DNA of 64,000 nucleotides. Source: the human T2T-CHM13v2.0 reference genome, Homo sapiens. The notes beneath the pieces were generated by a model. It searched no databases. It saw only the letters and a program-made list of their open reading frames with translations, and was not told where the DNA came from. Each line of letters begins with the position of its first letter. The first letter of the stretch is position 1. Below are positions 27,207-40,928 of this stretch, piece by piece. The position numbers and the translations under genes are program-made. Location: assembly GCF_009914755.1 (NCBI RefSeq), contig NC_060929.1; one strand, written 5' to 3'.

Positions 27207-28195
27207 ACAATGAGAACACATGGACACAGGAAGGGGAACATCACACTCTGGGGACTGTTGTGGGGTGGGGGGAGGGGGGAGGGACAGCATTAGGAGATAT
27301 ACCTAATGCCAAATGATGAGTTAATGGGTACAGCACGCCAGCATGGCACATGTATACATATGTAACTAACCTGCACATTGTGCACATGTACCCTAAAACT
27401 TAACGTATAATAATAATAAAATAAAAATTAAAAAAATAAATAAATAAATTTAATGAAGGAGGTGCAAGACTTGTACACTGAAAAGTATAAAACATTGCTA
27501 AAAGAAATTACTAAAGGCCTAAATAAAAAGATATTCTGTGTTTATGAAAGGGAGGACATAATATTGTTAAGATGACATTATTACCCAAAGTGATCTACAG
27601 ATTCAATGCAATCCCTCTTAAAACTTTAATGAGCTTTTTTTTGAGAAATGGAGAAGGGGTTCCTCAAGTTCACATGAAATTGCAAAGGATCCCAAGTAAG
27701 CAAAATAACAGTGACAAAAAACAAAGTTGGAGGAATCACACTTCTTGATTTCAAAACTTAGTACAAAGCTACAGTAACCAAAACAATGTGATATTGGCAT
27801 AAGGATAGATATATAGATGGAAGAAAATGTAGAATCTAGAAATAACTCCATACATCTATGGCTACTTGATTTTTCACAAGGGTGCCAATATCATTCAATG
27901 GGAAAAACAGTTTTTCCAACAAATGGTGCTGAAACAACTGGATCTCAACGTACAGTAGAATTAAGTTGGATCTCTACCTCATAAAATATACAAAAATTGA
28001 CTGAAGTGTTGGTCAACAACCCAGAGTGAAAACTATAAACTGTAAAAATTTAGAGGAGTAAATCTTTATGACCTTGGGTTTAGCAAATTAATTTTTTAGA
28101 TGTGATGCCAAAAGCATGAGCAACAACAACCACAAAATAGATAAATTGGACTTCATGAAAATTAGAAACTTTAGTGAGTCAAAGGATATTGTGAG

Positions 28196-28660
28196 CTTTG
28201 TTTTATAATGCATTTAAGTTATATGGAAATAGTTAGATCATTTAGAATCTTGTTTGTAAGACTTGTTAGATAGAATCAAATCAGTAAGGCAAATTTTTTC
28301 ACTGTTGAGACAAACTCCTTCGGAGTACTCTACTCATTGCCCCATGAATCAAAAGGTTTCCAGCCTTGCCACTGGGAAGAGTTACTATTCCTGTCCCTGT
28401 GTATGTTCAGCTCTTGTTTCTATTCTGATCCTTTCATGCAGTTCTTTCTGTGACATGAACTGGTCAATGCTGAATACTCAAGGAGATCCTTTGTAAATTT
28501 TTGAATTCTCTCTCATTGTGCAACTTTTTCACTTTGGGTACTCTGTCCATCAAACTCTTATGTCTGGTCTCCCTAGACTCCCAAATTTGTCTTCTCACCT
28601 AGGAAGTCTGCTAGGGTCTGCCTTGGTTACACCTACTTACTCTGTAGACTAGAAATTTGC
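28196..28660 (-). mobile_element. Old L1M 5' region fragment
   Basis: 'ccttcggagtactctactcattgccccatgaat', 'gctgaatactcaaggagatcctttg' resemble L1M 5'UTR antisense. Confidence 0.55.
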
Positions 28661-28669
28661 CTACAGTTT

Positions 28670-28820
28670 TTGTTTTTAACAGTTTCATTGAAATATAATT
28701 CATTTACCATACAATTTACCCATGTAATATTTATATTTCAATAGCTTTCAGCATATTCACAGAGTTGTGCAATCAGCCCCACACTTAATTTTAGACCATT
28801 TTCATCGCCTTAAAAAGATA
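28670..28820 (-). mobile_element. L1MB-type 3' end
   Basis: 'cagtttcattgaaatataattcatttaccatacaatttaccca...atattcacagagttgtgcaatca'. Confidence 0.7.
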
Positions 28821-30083
28821 ACTCAGTGTTTTTTTCCAAATGAATGAGGAACTTTACATACATTGTGAGTCCTTTAAGCCAGACTTTTCTCCCCTACAAT
28901 GTCGTTTTTATCATATTTCAAGTGAATATTTATGTGTAGATCTGTTTGTGAGTTCTTTGTCCTATTCCATCAATTTATTCTGGTGCCAACAGCACACTAT
29001 TTTAATTGCTATAACTGGACTATAGGTCCTAATAGCGGCTTTAAGTAAGTAGTTAAGAAGTTTTCCACATTTATCCTACCAGCTTGCCTTGACCATTCTC
29101 GGCCCTTTGTATTTCCATATACATTTTAGTCAACTGATCAATTTATATAATATTTCTTATTTAGATATTTAACATTGTATTGAATTTATAGACATTTGGA
29201 TGTTTAAAGAATTGACATTTTTTACAATATTGATTTCTAATCCATTTAGCTTAGAAACTGTTGCAGTTTTCAGTGTACAGAACTTATATGTTTTTAGGTT
29301 TATTCTTTGGTATCTGATGTTTCACATTATTGTAAACTGTTTCTTTTTGTATTGTTTTCATATTCAGCTTATATTCAATGACTTGGAAATACTTATTAAT
29401 TTTAATAGTTTAGCTACAGATCATTTTAGATTCTCTAGATATGCAACCATGTTATCTGTAAATAAATTTAATGCTTATGCCCTTCATTTCTTTTTCTTGC
29501 TTTATTGCACAGGCAAAGATCCCTTATAAAACATTGAAGTGATCATATTGGGTATTTGTTTTTTAATTCCTAAATCCATGATCATTAAATTTAACATTTT
29601 CTGTGAAACATTCAAATAAATGCTGTTTATTTTTAGTTTTCCTCAATTCCTTGCTTGCTAAGAGTTTTTGTCACAAAGTATTATTGAATTTTATCCAACA
29701 TTTTTCTACATCTATTAAGATTATTATGTTTTTATCTTTTTAAAAGTTAATGTGGTAAATGGCATTAATTAATTTTTGAGTAATAAATCTCTCTTGCATT
29801 CCTACAACCACCATGTAGTCCTTATATACTATCCCTGGTATACAATTCTGAATTTGATTTGTTAGTATGTCGTTTGGCATTTTGGCATCTATAGTAATGA
29901 GAGAGATTAGTCTGTAATTTTCATGTCATATAGGAACTTTGTTAGGATTTAGAAACAAGATTGCAATGGCCTTATAAAAAATTATGAAGTTCTTCCTCTT
30001 TTTCTATTATCTGAAGAAAGTTATGTAATTTTGTTATTATTTCTTTTTTAAAGGTTTGGTGAAATCATCAGGGAAGCAATCTT

Positions 30084-30586
30084 TTTTTTTATTATTATAC
30101 TTTAAGTTTTAGGGTACATGTGCACATTGTGCAGGTTAGTTACATATGTATACATGTGCCATGCTGCTGCACTGCACCCACTAACTCGTCATCTAGCATT
30201 AGGTATATCTCCCAATGCTATCCCTCCCCCCTCCCCCCACCCCACAACAGTCCCCAGAGTGTGATATTCCCCTTCCTGTGTCCATGTGATCTCATTGTTC
30301 AATTCCCACCTATGAGTGAGAATATGCGGTGTTTGGTTTTTTGTTCTTGCGATAGTTTACTGAGAATGATGTTTTCCAATTTCATCCATGTCCCTACAAA
30401 GGACATGAACTCATCATTTTTTATGGCTGCATAGTATTCCATGGTGTATATGTGCCACATTTTCTTAATCCAGTCTATCATTGTTGGACATTTGGGTTGG
30501 TATATACCCAAAGGACTATAAATCATGCTGCTATAAAGACACATGCACACGTTTGTTTATTGCGGCATTATTCACAATAGCAAAGA
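30084..30586 (-). mobile_element. L1PA2, 5'-truncated and 5'-inverted
   Basis: 'cactaactcgtcatctagcattaggtatatctcccaatgc' diagnostic; inversion junction ~30499; 15-bp TSD CAGGGAAGCAATCTT at 30069-30083 and 30587-30601. Confidence 0.95.
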
Positions 30587-30661
30587 CAGGGAAGCAATCT
30601 TAACCTGAGTTTTGTTTATATGTGTGGATGGTCAGAGGGTGGGTTCAATAATGGATTCAAT

Positions 30662-30868
30662 AACAATTTAATTGTCCATTTTAAACTAACCAAAACAGTA
30701 TAATTGGATTTTTTGTAATACAATGGATGGATGCTTGAGGTAATGGATAACCCATCTCCATGATACGATTATTACACATTGCATGTCTGTATCAAAATAT
30801 CACAGGTATTTCATAAATATATATATCTACTATGTACCCACAAAAATTAAAAGTAAAACATTTTTAAA
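30662..30868 (+). mobile_element. L1MA-type 3' end
   Basis: 'atgcttgaggtaatggataacccat...tactatgtacccacaaaaattaaaa'; TSD AATGGATTCAAT at 30650-30661 and 30869-30880. Confidence 0.88.
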
Positions 30869-31475
30869 AATGGATTCAATTTTCTTAATGGATATTAAAC
30901 TTTTAGGATTTTCTCTTTATTCTATCAGTTTGATAAGTTGTGTTAATTTGTTTTCTATTTTATTCAAATTGTCATATGTAAAGCTGTTTATACTACTCTT
31001 TAATGTTATTTTTAATATCTATTGGACCTATATTGATTTCATTTTTTTCTTTGTAATTTGTGTACTTTTTCTTTTCTTGATTATTTTGCTAGGATTTATC
31101 AATGTTATTACTTTAAGAATAAATTTAGTTGGGGGCTTTGTTGATTTTTCTCTAATGCATGCTATTTTTTCTATTTTATTGATAGCTGAAATAATTATTA
31201 TTTCCACTCCCTTTTTTTAGCTTCAATGCTTAGTTTGCTTGCTTGTTTTTAGATTCTTGAAATGGAGGCTTAGATGATTTACTTTTAGTCTTGCTTCATT
31301 TTTAACACAAATATTTTAAAGCCATGAATTTCTAAGTATTGTTTTGGCTGTATTCTTTTTTGAAATATTGCATTTTTATTATTATTAAGTTCAAAATATT
31401 ATTTTCTTCATGTTTCTTCCTTGATCCATAGATTATTTAGAAGTATATGTTTAATTTTTTTTTGCCTTTTGTAAG

Positions 31476-31776
<301 letters not shown>

Positions 31777-32029
31777 TAGTTTTTGTTGTTTCCAGCTTAA
31801 TTCCACCAGTGGTAACATACTCTGAATGGCTTCAATTCTTTGAAATTTGTTGAGGCTTTCTTTACAGCTTGGTATGCAGAAACTGCTAAGGGAGTAAAAA
31901 TTCACACTGTGGAGTCAGAGAAGGCATCTGAAATTCATAAGTGTCTGAGATATGAAAAGAATTTCTACAAATGAATAAAGAAAAGGCAACATCTTAGAAA
32001 ACTTTCATTGTCAAATTTGATATGTGTAA

Positions 32030-32615
32030 ATGATTCTTCCTTCCTGACTGTATTTCCTCATTCTTTATAAAAAATTTCTGAATCTTCTCCCACACTGACC
32101 TTTTCCTGGCTCATATTCCTGTATCAAGTGGAAGAAACTCCAAGGTCTCCACCTTGGTTACACTATTGTGTAACTTGCTCTATTTACTTTCACAGCTTCA
32201 ATTTTTACCTATATTAATAATTTCTAAATCCGTAATTCCAACCCCATTTTCCTCTTGAGTTTCAGGAATATATTTCCAATTTGAAGTACCTCAAACTCAA
32301 CACTCACAAACCAAAGTTCATTATCTTTCCTCTCCATATGTGAGCCTCCTAGTGAGTTTTCTATTTTAGTTAATAAAGATAAATTCATCCTTATGTTAAT
32401 TTACGGCATAATTTTTCCTTTTTGACAGCATGCATCACAACTTAAATTTTTTCATTACTTTCCTGATTATTGATCATCTGTCTCTTTGACTACTCTGCAA
32501 GCTTGGTGAAGTCATAAATCATGCCTGTTTGTGATGAACATTTATGTGTCCTAAGCATCAACTGCAGCCTCAGTTACATAGTGGGTCTTTAATAAGTATT
32601 TGTTGAATAAATGTG
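32030..32615 (+). mobile_element. L2 fragments
   Basis: 'acctcaaactcaac', 'tactctgcaagcttggtgaag', 'aataagtatttgttgaataaatg'. Confidence 0.6.
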
Positions 32616-32678
32616 TGTGTAATATATGCTTCTTCTCTATTCCATCTAAAGACATGTCTATAGGTCCATTACCTAGAG

Positions 32679-33559
<881 letters not shown>

Positions 33560-33989
33560 AAGATTCAACTCTTTTTCACCCTTCCTATACACATGCCTTT
33601 TACCTGTGCAGTTTCCCAAATGGACTTATCCTTTGCTTTTCTTTTATTGCTTCCATTTTCTGGAATACTTTTCCATCTTGTCTCTCTAGCAAACATCTGC
33701 TTTTCCTTTAAACCAGACTTCAGTGTTACCATATATCCTAAACTTCTGTGACCCTACCTTGAATAACTAATCATTTCTTATTGTTTTATTCTATACAGCT
33801 GGCCACAATAAACTATATTGGTTTCATTTATCTATAAGTACATAAGAAATCACTCTAAACATTGAGTGGTTAAAACAACAATTTTGTGATTTCTCCTGGT
33901 CCTATGGGCTTACAGTACTCAGCAGCATGGTTCTTCTGCTCTCTCTCTCTGCTTTTCAGGAAGTATTAGCTACTAATGTTTACTAGAGA

Positions 33990-34033
33990 ATATATAGACA
34001 TAGACATAGACATAGATATAGATATAGATATAG
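33990..34033. repeat. (TAGACA)/(TAGATA) hexamer microsatellite
   Basis: Directly visible. Confidence 0.85.
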
Positions 34034-34381
34034 GATTGTTTCAAGTTTAATCCGTACTTTTTTAATGTTTCTGTTTCTTTCCTATTTAGAAGAATACTTT
34101 GTTTTCTCATGTAGTGTTAAGGTTCAAATATTTTCATAGTAGCATTGCAGAGGGTCTTCAAGGACAAATAAGATCTTCAAGTGAAAGGTATGATCATAGC
34201 TGTGTTGATAAAAATTGGGAAATAAGAATAATATAAGAATTTATGTTTTCAAAATGCCAGACATATATATTTTATTAAAGAGTCCTCAAGAAGTCAGACA
34301 GATTGTCACCAACAACCTAAGCCATATGCAGTGCAGCCTACCCACATGGATATTGCAGAAACATGAGAACCTGCACTCTTA

Positions 34382-34770
<389 letters not shown>

Positions 34771-35140
34771 ACCCTGCCATTTCACAGATGTCCAGCATCA
34801 TTGGAGATATAATCAGAATTATATTTATACTTCATAATATTTACAGTTTTCAACAAAATATTACAAGATTTGTTTTAAGCTATAATTTTAATGTTGAAGA
34901 ACTAAGTTTTCATCACAGCTTAGAGTCCTTATGAAAGCCAAGATCAGAATTGCAATATCACTTTGCACACTGGCTACTGAGCCAATGATATTGAATTGGT
35001 GTCAAAATGAGGTGAAAAATTAAAAGGCACCCACTATTCTAATAACAAAAGCCTTACCCTTTAAAATGGACTAAAAATTATGGAAAGAATAAACATTTAA
35101 TTATTACAACATGCAATGAAAGAACAACTTTATTCTAAAT

Positions 35141-35370
35141 CAGGGATAGGCTTTTTTTTTTCTGTAAAGGCCAGATAGTAGTACCCTCAGTTCTGCCAGC
35201 CCTGCAGTCTCTGTCACAATCACTCAGTTCTGTCATTGTAGCACAAAACCAAAGACTATGCCCAAACAAATGGGCATGCTGTGTTCCAATACCACTATTG
35301 TTTTTCCTTTTTTCATAAAAACTGCCAGCGGGCTAGATTTGGCCTAGGGACTGTAGTTTGCCACCTTCTG
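35141..35370 (+). mobile_element. MER58A
   Basis: 'ttttctgtaaaggccagatagta...gggctagatttggcc...tgtagtttgccaccttctg'. Confidence 0.8.
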
Positions 35371-35549
35371 TTTTAGGTTATAGCAAGCCTTAATTGTTAG
35401 CAAAAGCAGATCAAGAAAAGATGAAATATTAAGCATTTACCTTCTATGAAGGAACAAAATTTAATAGCAATTTGCAACAATGGCAGAGTTTCCAAACTTC
35501 TAGAAATAATAGCAATTTAAAATGTCAGCCTTTAAATGTCGATCTAGAT

Positions 35550-35738
35550 CTGCATCATTCAATATGGTAGCCACTAGCCACATGTTGCTATTTACATTGA
35601 AATATAAATTAACTAAAATTAAATAAAATGTTATATTGAGTTCCACAGGCACATTCACTACATCTCAAGTGGCTTGTATTGGACAGCACAGAACATAAAG
35701 CATCTCCATCACAGTAGGAGTTTTATTGGACAGCATTG
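35550..35738 (-). mobile_element. MER3 (hAT-Charlie)
   Basis: 'caatatggtagccactagccacatg...ttttattggacagcattg'; TSD ATCTAGAT/TTCTAGAT. Confidence 0.85.
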
Positions 35739-36047
35739 TTCTAGATGCAGAGAACTTAGATGCAGAGAAAAACAAAAAGAAAAACAGAACAAAACAAAAA
35801 AACAGAACAAACTGAAGCTACAAACCACAGGGCAGTTCAGAGGGAGCGCCAGCAGCAGAGCTAAATTTGATAAAGCCAACAAATAAAAGAAAATATAGTT
35901 CTGGAAATGCAACATGTAATAAGACCAGAGAGAAGCCATCCCAGTTAGATGCAACATTATTTAAGGAGACTTCTGATGCCACTGAACTCATTTAATGATT
36001 TTCATTGACCATCCATCCTTGATGTTATCAGAAAAAATAAACAAGAG

Positions 36048-36435
<388 letters not shown>

Positions 36436-37031
36436 ATAAACAAGAGAGAGTTTTGTCTTGAAGAATCCTTGTAATAGGAGAGAGAATGCCAAACTCCTGT
36501 CTCCCTTTCTCTCTTTCTCCCTCTCTCCTTTCTTCCCTCCTTTTTAGATAAACTGCCTAATTCCAGAAAGTATTCATAATAGCTTATAAATAAATAATAT
36601 GCTCATTATCTGCCCCTGGATTTAAGTTTGGGAATAGTTCTAAAATTAATTTTAGAAATAATGCACCCAGTCCAAAGTATGATTATGATAAATGAATAAT
36701 TACCTATTTTCCAGAACAGATCATATAGACTAGCTCATTCATTCATTTCATATAACATTACTAAATGTCTGTAATGCATCAGGTGCATGTTGAATCTTAG
36801 ATGCAGAAATGATTGGAGGTAATATTCAAAACATTTAACAATCAGTATGAAGAAGCCACTGGCCATTCAGAAATGCTTCTCAACAAATCAGAATGTCTGT
36901 CAGCCTATGTGTCACTCCAGTGTAGATATCAGCCCTGCTAGTGGTTCCTAAACTAGAGATGTTAAAAGTAAAAAATTGCTTAGTAATGCAACATCTTCGG
37001 AGTAACTAACTGAGGTTCCTTCTCTTGGTAC

Positions 37032-37423
37032 AGGTCTTAAGTTCCTAAGGCTGCCATAACAAAACTACCACAAACAGGGCAACTGAAAACTGCATACATT
37101 TATTCTCTTACAGTTCTGGAGACCAGAAATCTGGAACCCACAAACTTTTTAAAGCCTCTAGGGAAGAGTCCTTTCCTGCCTCTTTTACTTTCTGGTGGCT
37201 GTAAGCATTCTTCACTTGTGGTTGCATCACTACAATCCCTACCTCTGTCTTCACGTGTGTGTTCTCTTCTGTCTGTTATAAGTACATTTGCCGTTGGGTT
37301 TAGGGCCCACCTGGAAAGTAACTTAAATATGCAAAGGCCCCTTTTCTAAATAAGGTCACTCACAAGTTGTGGGGGTTAGGACATTGGCTTATCTTTTACA
37401 GGACCAACTTTTAACCTGCTACA
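37032..37423 (-). mobile_element. MLT1B/C-type MaLR LTR
   Basis: 'gggctgccataacaaaactaccacaaac...cagttctggagaccagaaatc...aaataaggtcactcac'. Confidence 0.8.
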
Positions 37424-37427
37424 GTAT

Positions 37428-37805
37428 TGTCTTAGTCAACTTGGGCTGTTGCAACATAAAACCATAGGCCAGGTGGCTTCAATAACAAATATTTACTCCT
37501 CTCAGTTCTGGAGGCTGGGAAGTCCAAGATCAAGATGCTGGCAGATTCAGTGTCTGGTGAGGTCTCACTTCCTGTTCAAAGGTGGCAGTTTTCGCTGTGT
37601 CTTTCCAAAGCAGAGAAAGGAAGAATGTGGTCTTGGTACTCTCTTATAAGGACACGAATCCCATCCATGAGGGCGTCACCCTCATAACTTCATCTGCTCC
37701 TTCTTACCTCCCAGAGGCTCCACCTCCTAACACCACCACATTAGGGAGTAGGATTTTAAAATATAAATTTTAGGAGGGAACACAAGCATGATACAGTTCA
37801 TAACA
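37428..37805 (-). mobile_element. MLT1A-type MaLR LTR
   Basis: 'tgtcttagtc...ggaggctgggaagtccaagatcaagatgctggcagattcagtgtctggtgagg...ttcataaca'; TSD AGTAT. Confidence 0.88.
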
Positions 37806-38062
37806 AGTATATGCAGAGATCATATAGGTTTCTGTTATGCATAATTTCCAGTGGCCATCTTTTAACTCTCTCCATTTCTCTTCCATGGATGGTGACCCAC
37901 GTGTGTGTCCCAAAGCTGCGCATCTAGACTTAGAAGATAAGATGCAAAAGGGTGTTTAAGGAGAATTTTCTGATGAGGCACACTGGATAAAGGAAGGCAT
38001 GGGGCTTTCTGAGCCCAAGAAATTATCTGGGAGGTTATTGCACTGGTCTAAAATGAGGTATA

Positions 38063-40928
38063 TGATATCCTTGATGAACATAGATGCTAAAATTCTTAAC
38101 AGAATACTAGCTAACCAAATCCAACAACATATCAAAAAGATAATCCACCATGATCAAGTGAGTTTCATACCAGGGATGCAGGGATGGTTTAACATACACA
38201 AGTCAGTAAATGTGATACACCACATAAACAGAATTAAAAACAAAAATCACATGGTCATCTCAATAGATGCAGAAAAAGCATTCAACAAAATCCAGCATCG
38301 CTTTGTGATTAAAACTCTCAGCAAAATTGGCATACAAGGGGCATACGTTAACGTAATAAAAGACATCTATGACAAACCCACAGCCAACATAATACTGAAT
38401 GGGGAAAAGTTGAAAGCATTCCCTCTGAGAACTAGAACAAGATAAGGATGCCCAATCTCACCACTCCTCTTCAACACAGTACTGGAAGTCATAGCCAGAG
38501 CAATCAGACAAAAGAAAGAAATAAAGGGCATCCAAATCAGTAAAGAGGAAGTCGAAGTGTCGCTGTTTGCTGATGATATGACTGTTTACCTTGAAAACCC
38601 AAAGGACTTCTCCAGAAAGTTCCTAGAACTGATAAAAGAATTCAGCAAAGTTTCCGGATACAAGATTAATGTACACAAATCAGTAGCTCTTCTATACACC
38701 AACAGTGACCAAGCGGAGAATCAAATCAAGAACTCAGCACCTTTTATAATAGCTGAAAAAATAAAAAATAAAATACTTAGGAATATACGTAACAAAGGAG
38801 TCGAAAGATCTGTAAAAGGAAAACCCCAAAACACTGCTGAAAGAAATCATAGACAACACAAACAAACGGAAACACATCCCGTGCTCATGGGTAGGTAAAT
38901 AGAATCAATATTGTGAAAATGACCATACTGTCAAAAGCAATCTACAAATCAATACAACTTCCATCAAAATACCACAATCATTATTCACAGAATTAGAAAA
39001 AACAATTCTAAAATTCTTATGGAACCAGAAAAGAGCCCACATAGACAAAGTCAGACTAAGCAAAAAAAAAAAAAAAAAAAATCTGGAAGCATCACACTAC
39101 TTGAGTTCAAACTACACTATAAGGCAATAGTCACCAAAGCAGCATGGTACTGGTATAAAAATAGGCAAATAGACCAATGGAACAGAATAGAGAACCCAGA
39201 AATAAACCCAAATACTTACAGCCAACTGATCTTTGACAAAGCAAGCAAAAACAAAGTGGTGAAAGGACACCCTTTTCAACAGATAGTGCTGGGATAATTG
39301 GCTAGCCACATGTAGGAGAATGAAACTAGATCCTCATCTCTCACCTTATATAACAAATCAACTCAAGATGGATTAAGGACTTAAATCTAAGACCTAAAAC
39401 TATAAAAACTCCAGAAGATAACATTGAGAAAACGTTTCTAGACATTGGCTTAGGCAAGAATTTCATGACTGAAAACCCAAAAACAAATGCAATATAAACA
39501 AAGATAAATACCTGGGACCTAATTAAACTAAAGAGTTTTGCATGGCAAAAGGAACAGAGTAAACAGACAGCTCATTGAGTGGGAGAAAATCTTCACAATC
39601 TACACAACTGACAAAGGACTAATATCCAGAATCTACAATGAACTCAAACAAATGAGTGAGAAAAGAAGAAATAATCCCACCAAAAAGTGGGCTAAGGACA
39701 TGAATAGACAATTCTCAAAAGAAGATATACAAATGGCCAACAAACATATGAAAAATGCTCAACAACACTAATGATCAGGAAAATGCAAATCAAAACCACA
39801 GTGCAATGCCACCTTACTCCTGCAAGAATGGCCATAATCAAAAAATTAAACAGTAGATGTTGGCATGGATGCAGTGAACATGGAACACTTCTACACTGCT
39901 GGTGGAAATGTAAACTAGTACAGCCATTATGGAAAACAGTGTGGAGATTCCTTAAAGAACTAAAAGGAGAACTATCATTCGATCCAGCAATCCCACTGCT
40001 GGGTATCTACCCGGAAGAAAAGAAGTCATTATTCAAAAAAGATACTTGCACACACATGTTCATAGCGCACTATTCACAGTTGCAAAATTGTGGAACCAAC
40101 CCAAATGCCCATCAATCAACCAGTTGATAAGGAAACTATGAGAGAGAGAGATATGTGATATATGTACAAATATCACATATATGACACATGTATGATATAT
40201 GTACACATATCACATATACGACACATGTATGATATACAAACACATATCACATATATGACACATGTGTGATATATGCACATATATCACATACTTGGCACAT
40301 GTGATATGTCTGCATATATCACATATATGAACATATATGTACATATATCACATGTGATACATATATGAACATATATCACATATATGATACAAATGTGATA
40401 TATGTATATATGCGATACATGTACATATGTGTGATATATGTACATACATGTGATATATGTACACACATGTGATATATGTACACACGTGTGATATATGTAC
40501 ACACGTGTGATATATGTACATATATGTGATATATGTATATATGTGATGAAATATTATACAGCCATAAAAAAGGAATGAATTAACAGCATTTGCAGTGACC
40601 TGGATGAGATTGGAGACTATTATTCTAAGTGAAGTAACTCAGGAATGGAAAACCACACATTGTATGTTCTCACTGATAATGTGGGAGCTAAGCTGTGAGG
40701 ACACAAATGCATAAAAATGATACATTGGACTCTGGGAACTTAGGGGGAAGAGTGGGAGAGGGGTGAGAGATAAAAGACTACAAATATGGTGCAGTTTATA
40801 CTGCTCAGGTGATGGGTACACCAAAACCTCACAAATTACCACCAAAGAACTTACTCATGTAACCAAATGCCACCTGTACCCCAATAACTTATGGGAAAAT
40901 TAGAAATAAATGAATAATTTTAAAAAAA
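38063..40928 (+). mobile_element. L1PB-type 5'-truncated LINE-1
   Basis: Broken ORF2 RT ([19 protein letters not shown]), L1PB 3'UTR and A-tail; TSD TAAAATGAGGTATA at 38049-38062 and 40929-40942. Confidence 0.93.
40140..40547. repeat. Complex AT-rich minisatellite inside L1PB
   Basis: ~38-bp units on the left, 19-bp 'tgtgatatatgtacacacR' units on the right. Confidence 0.9.
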
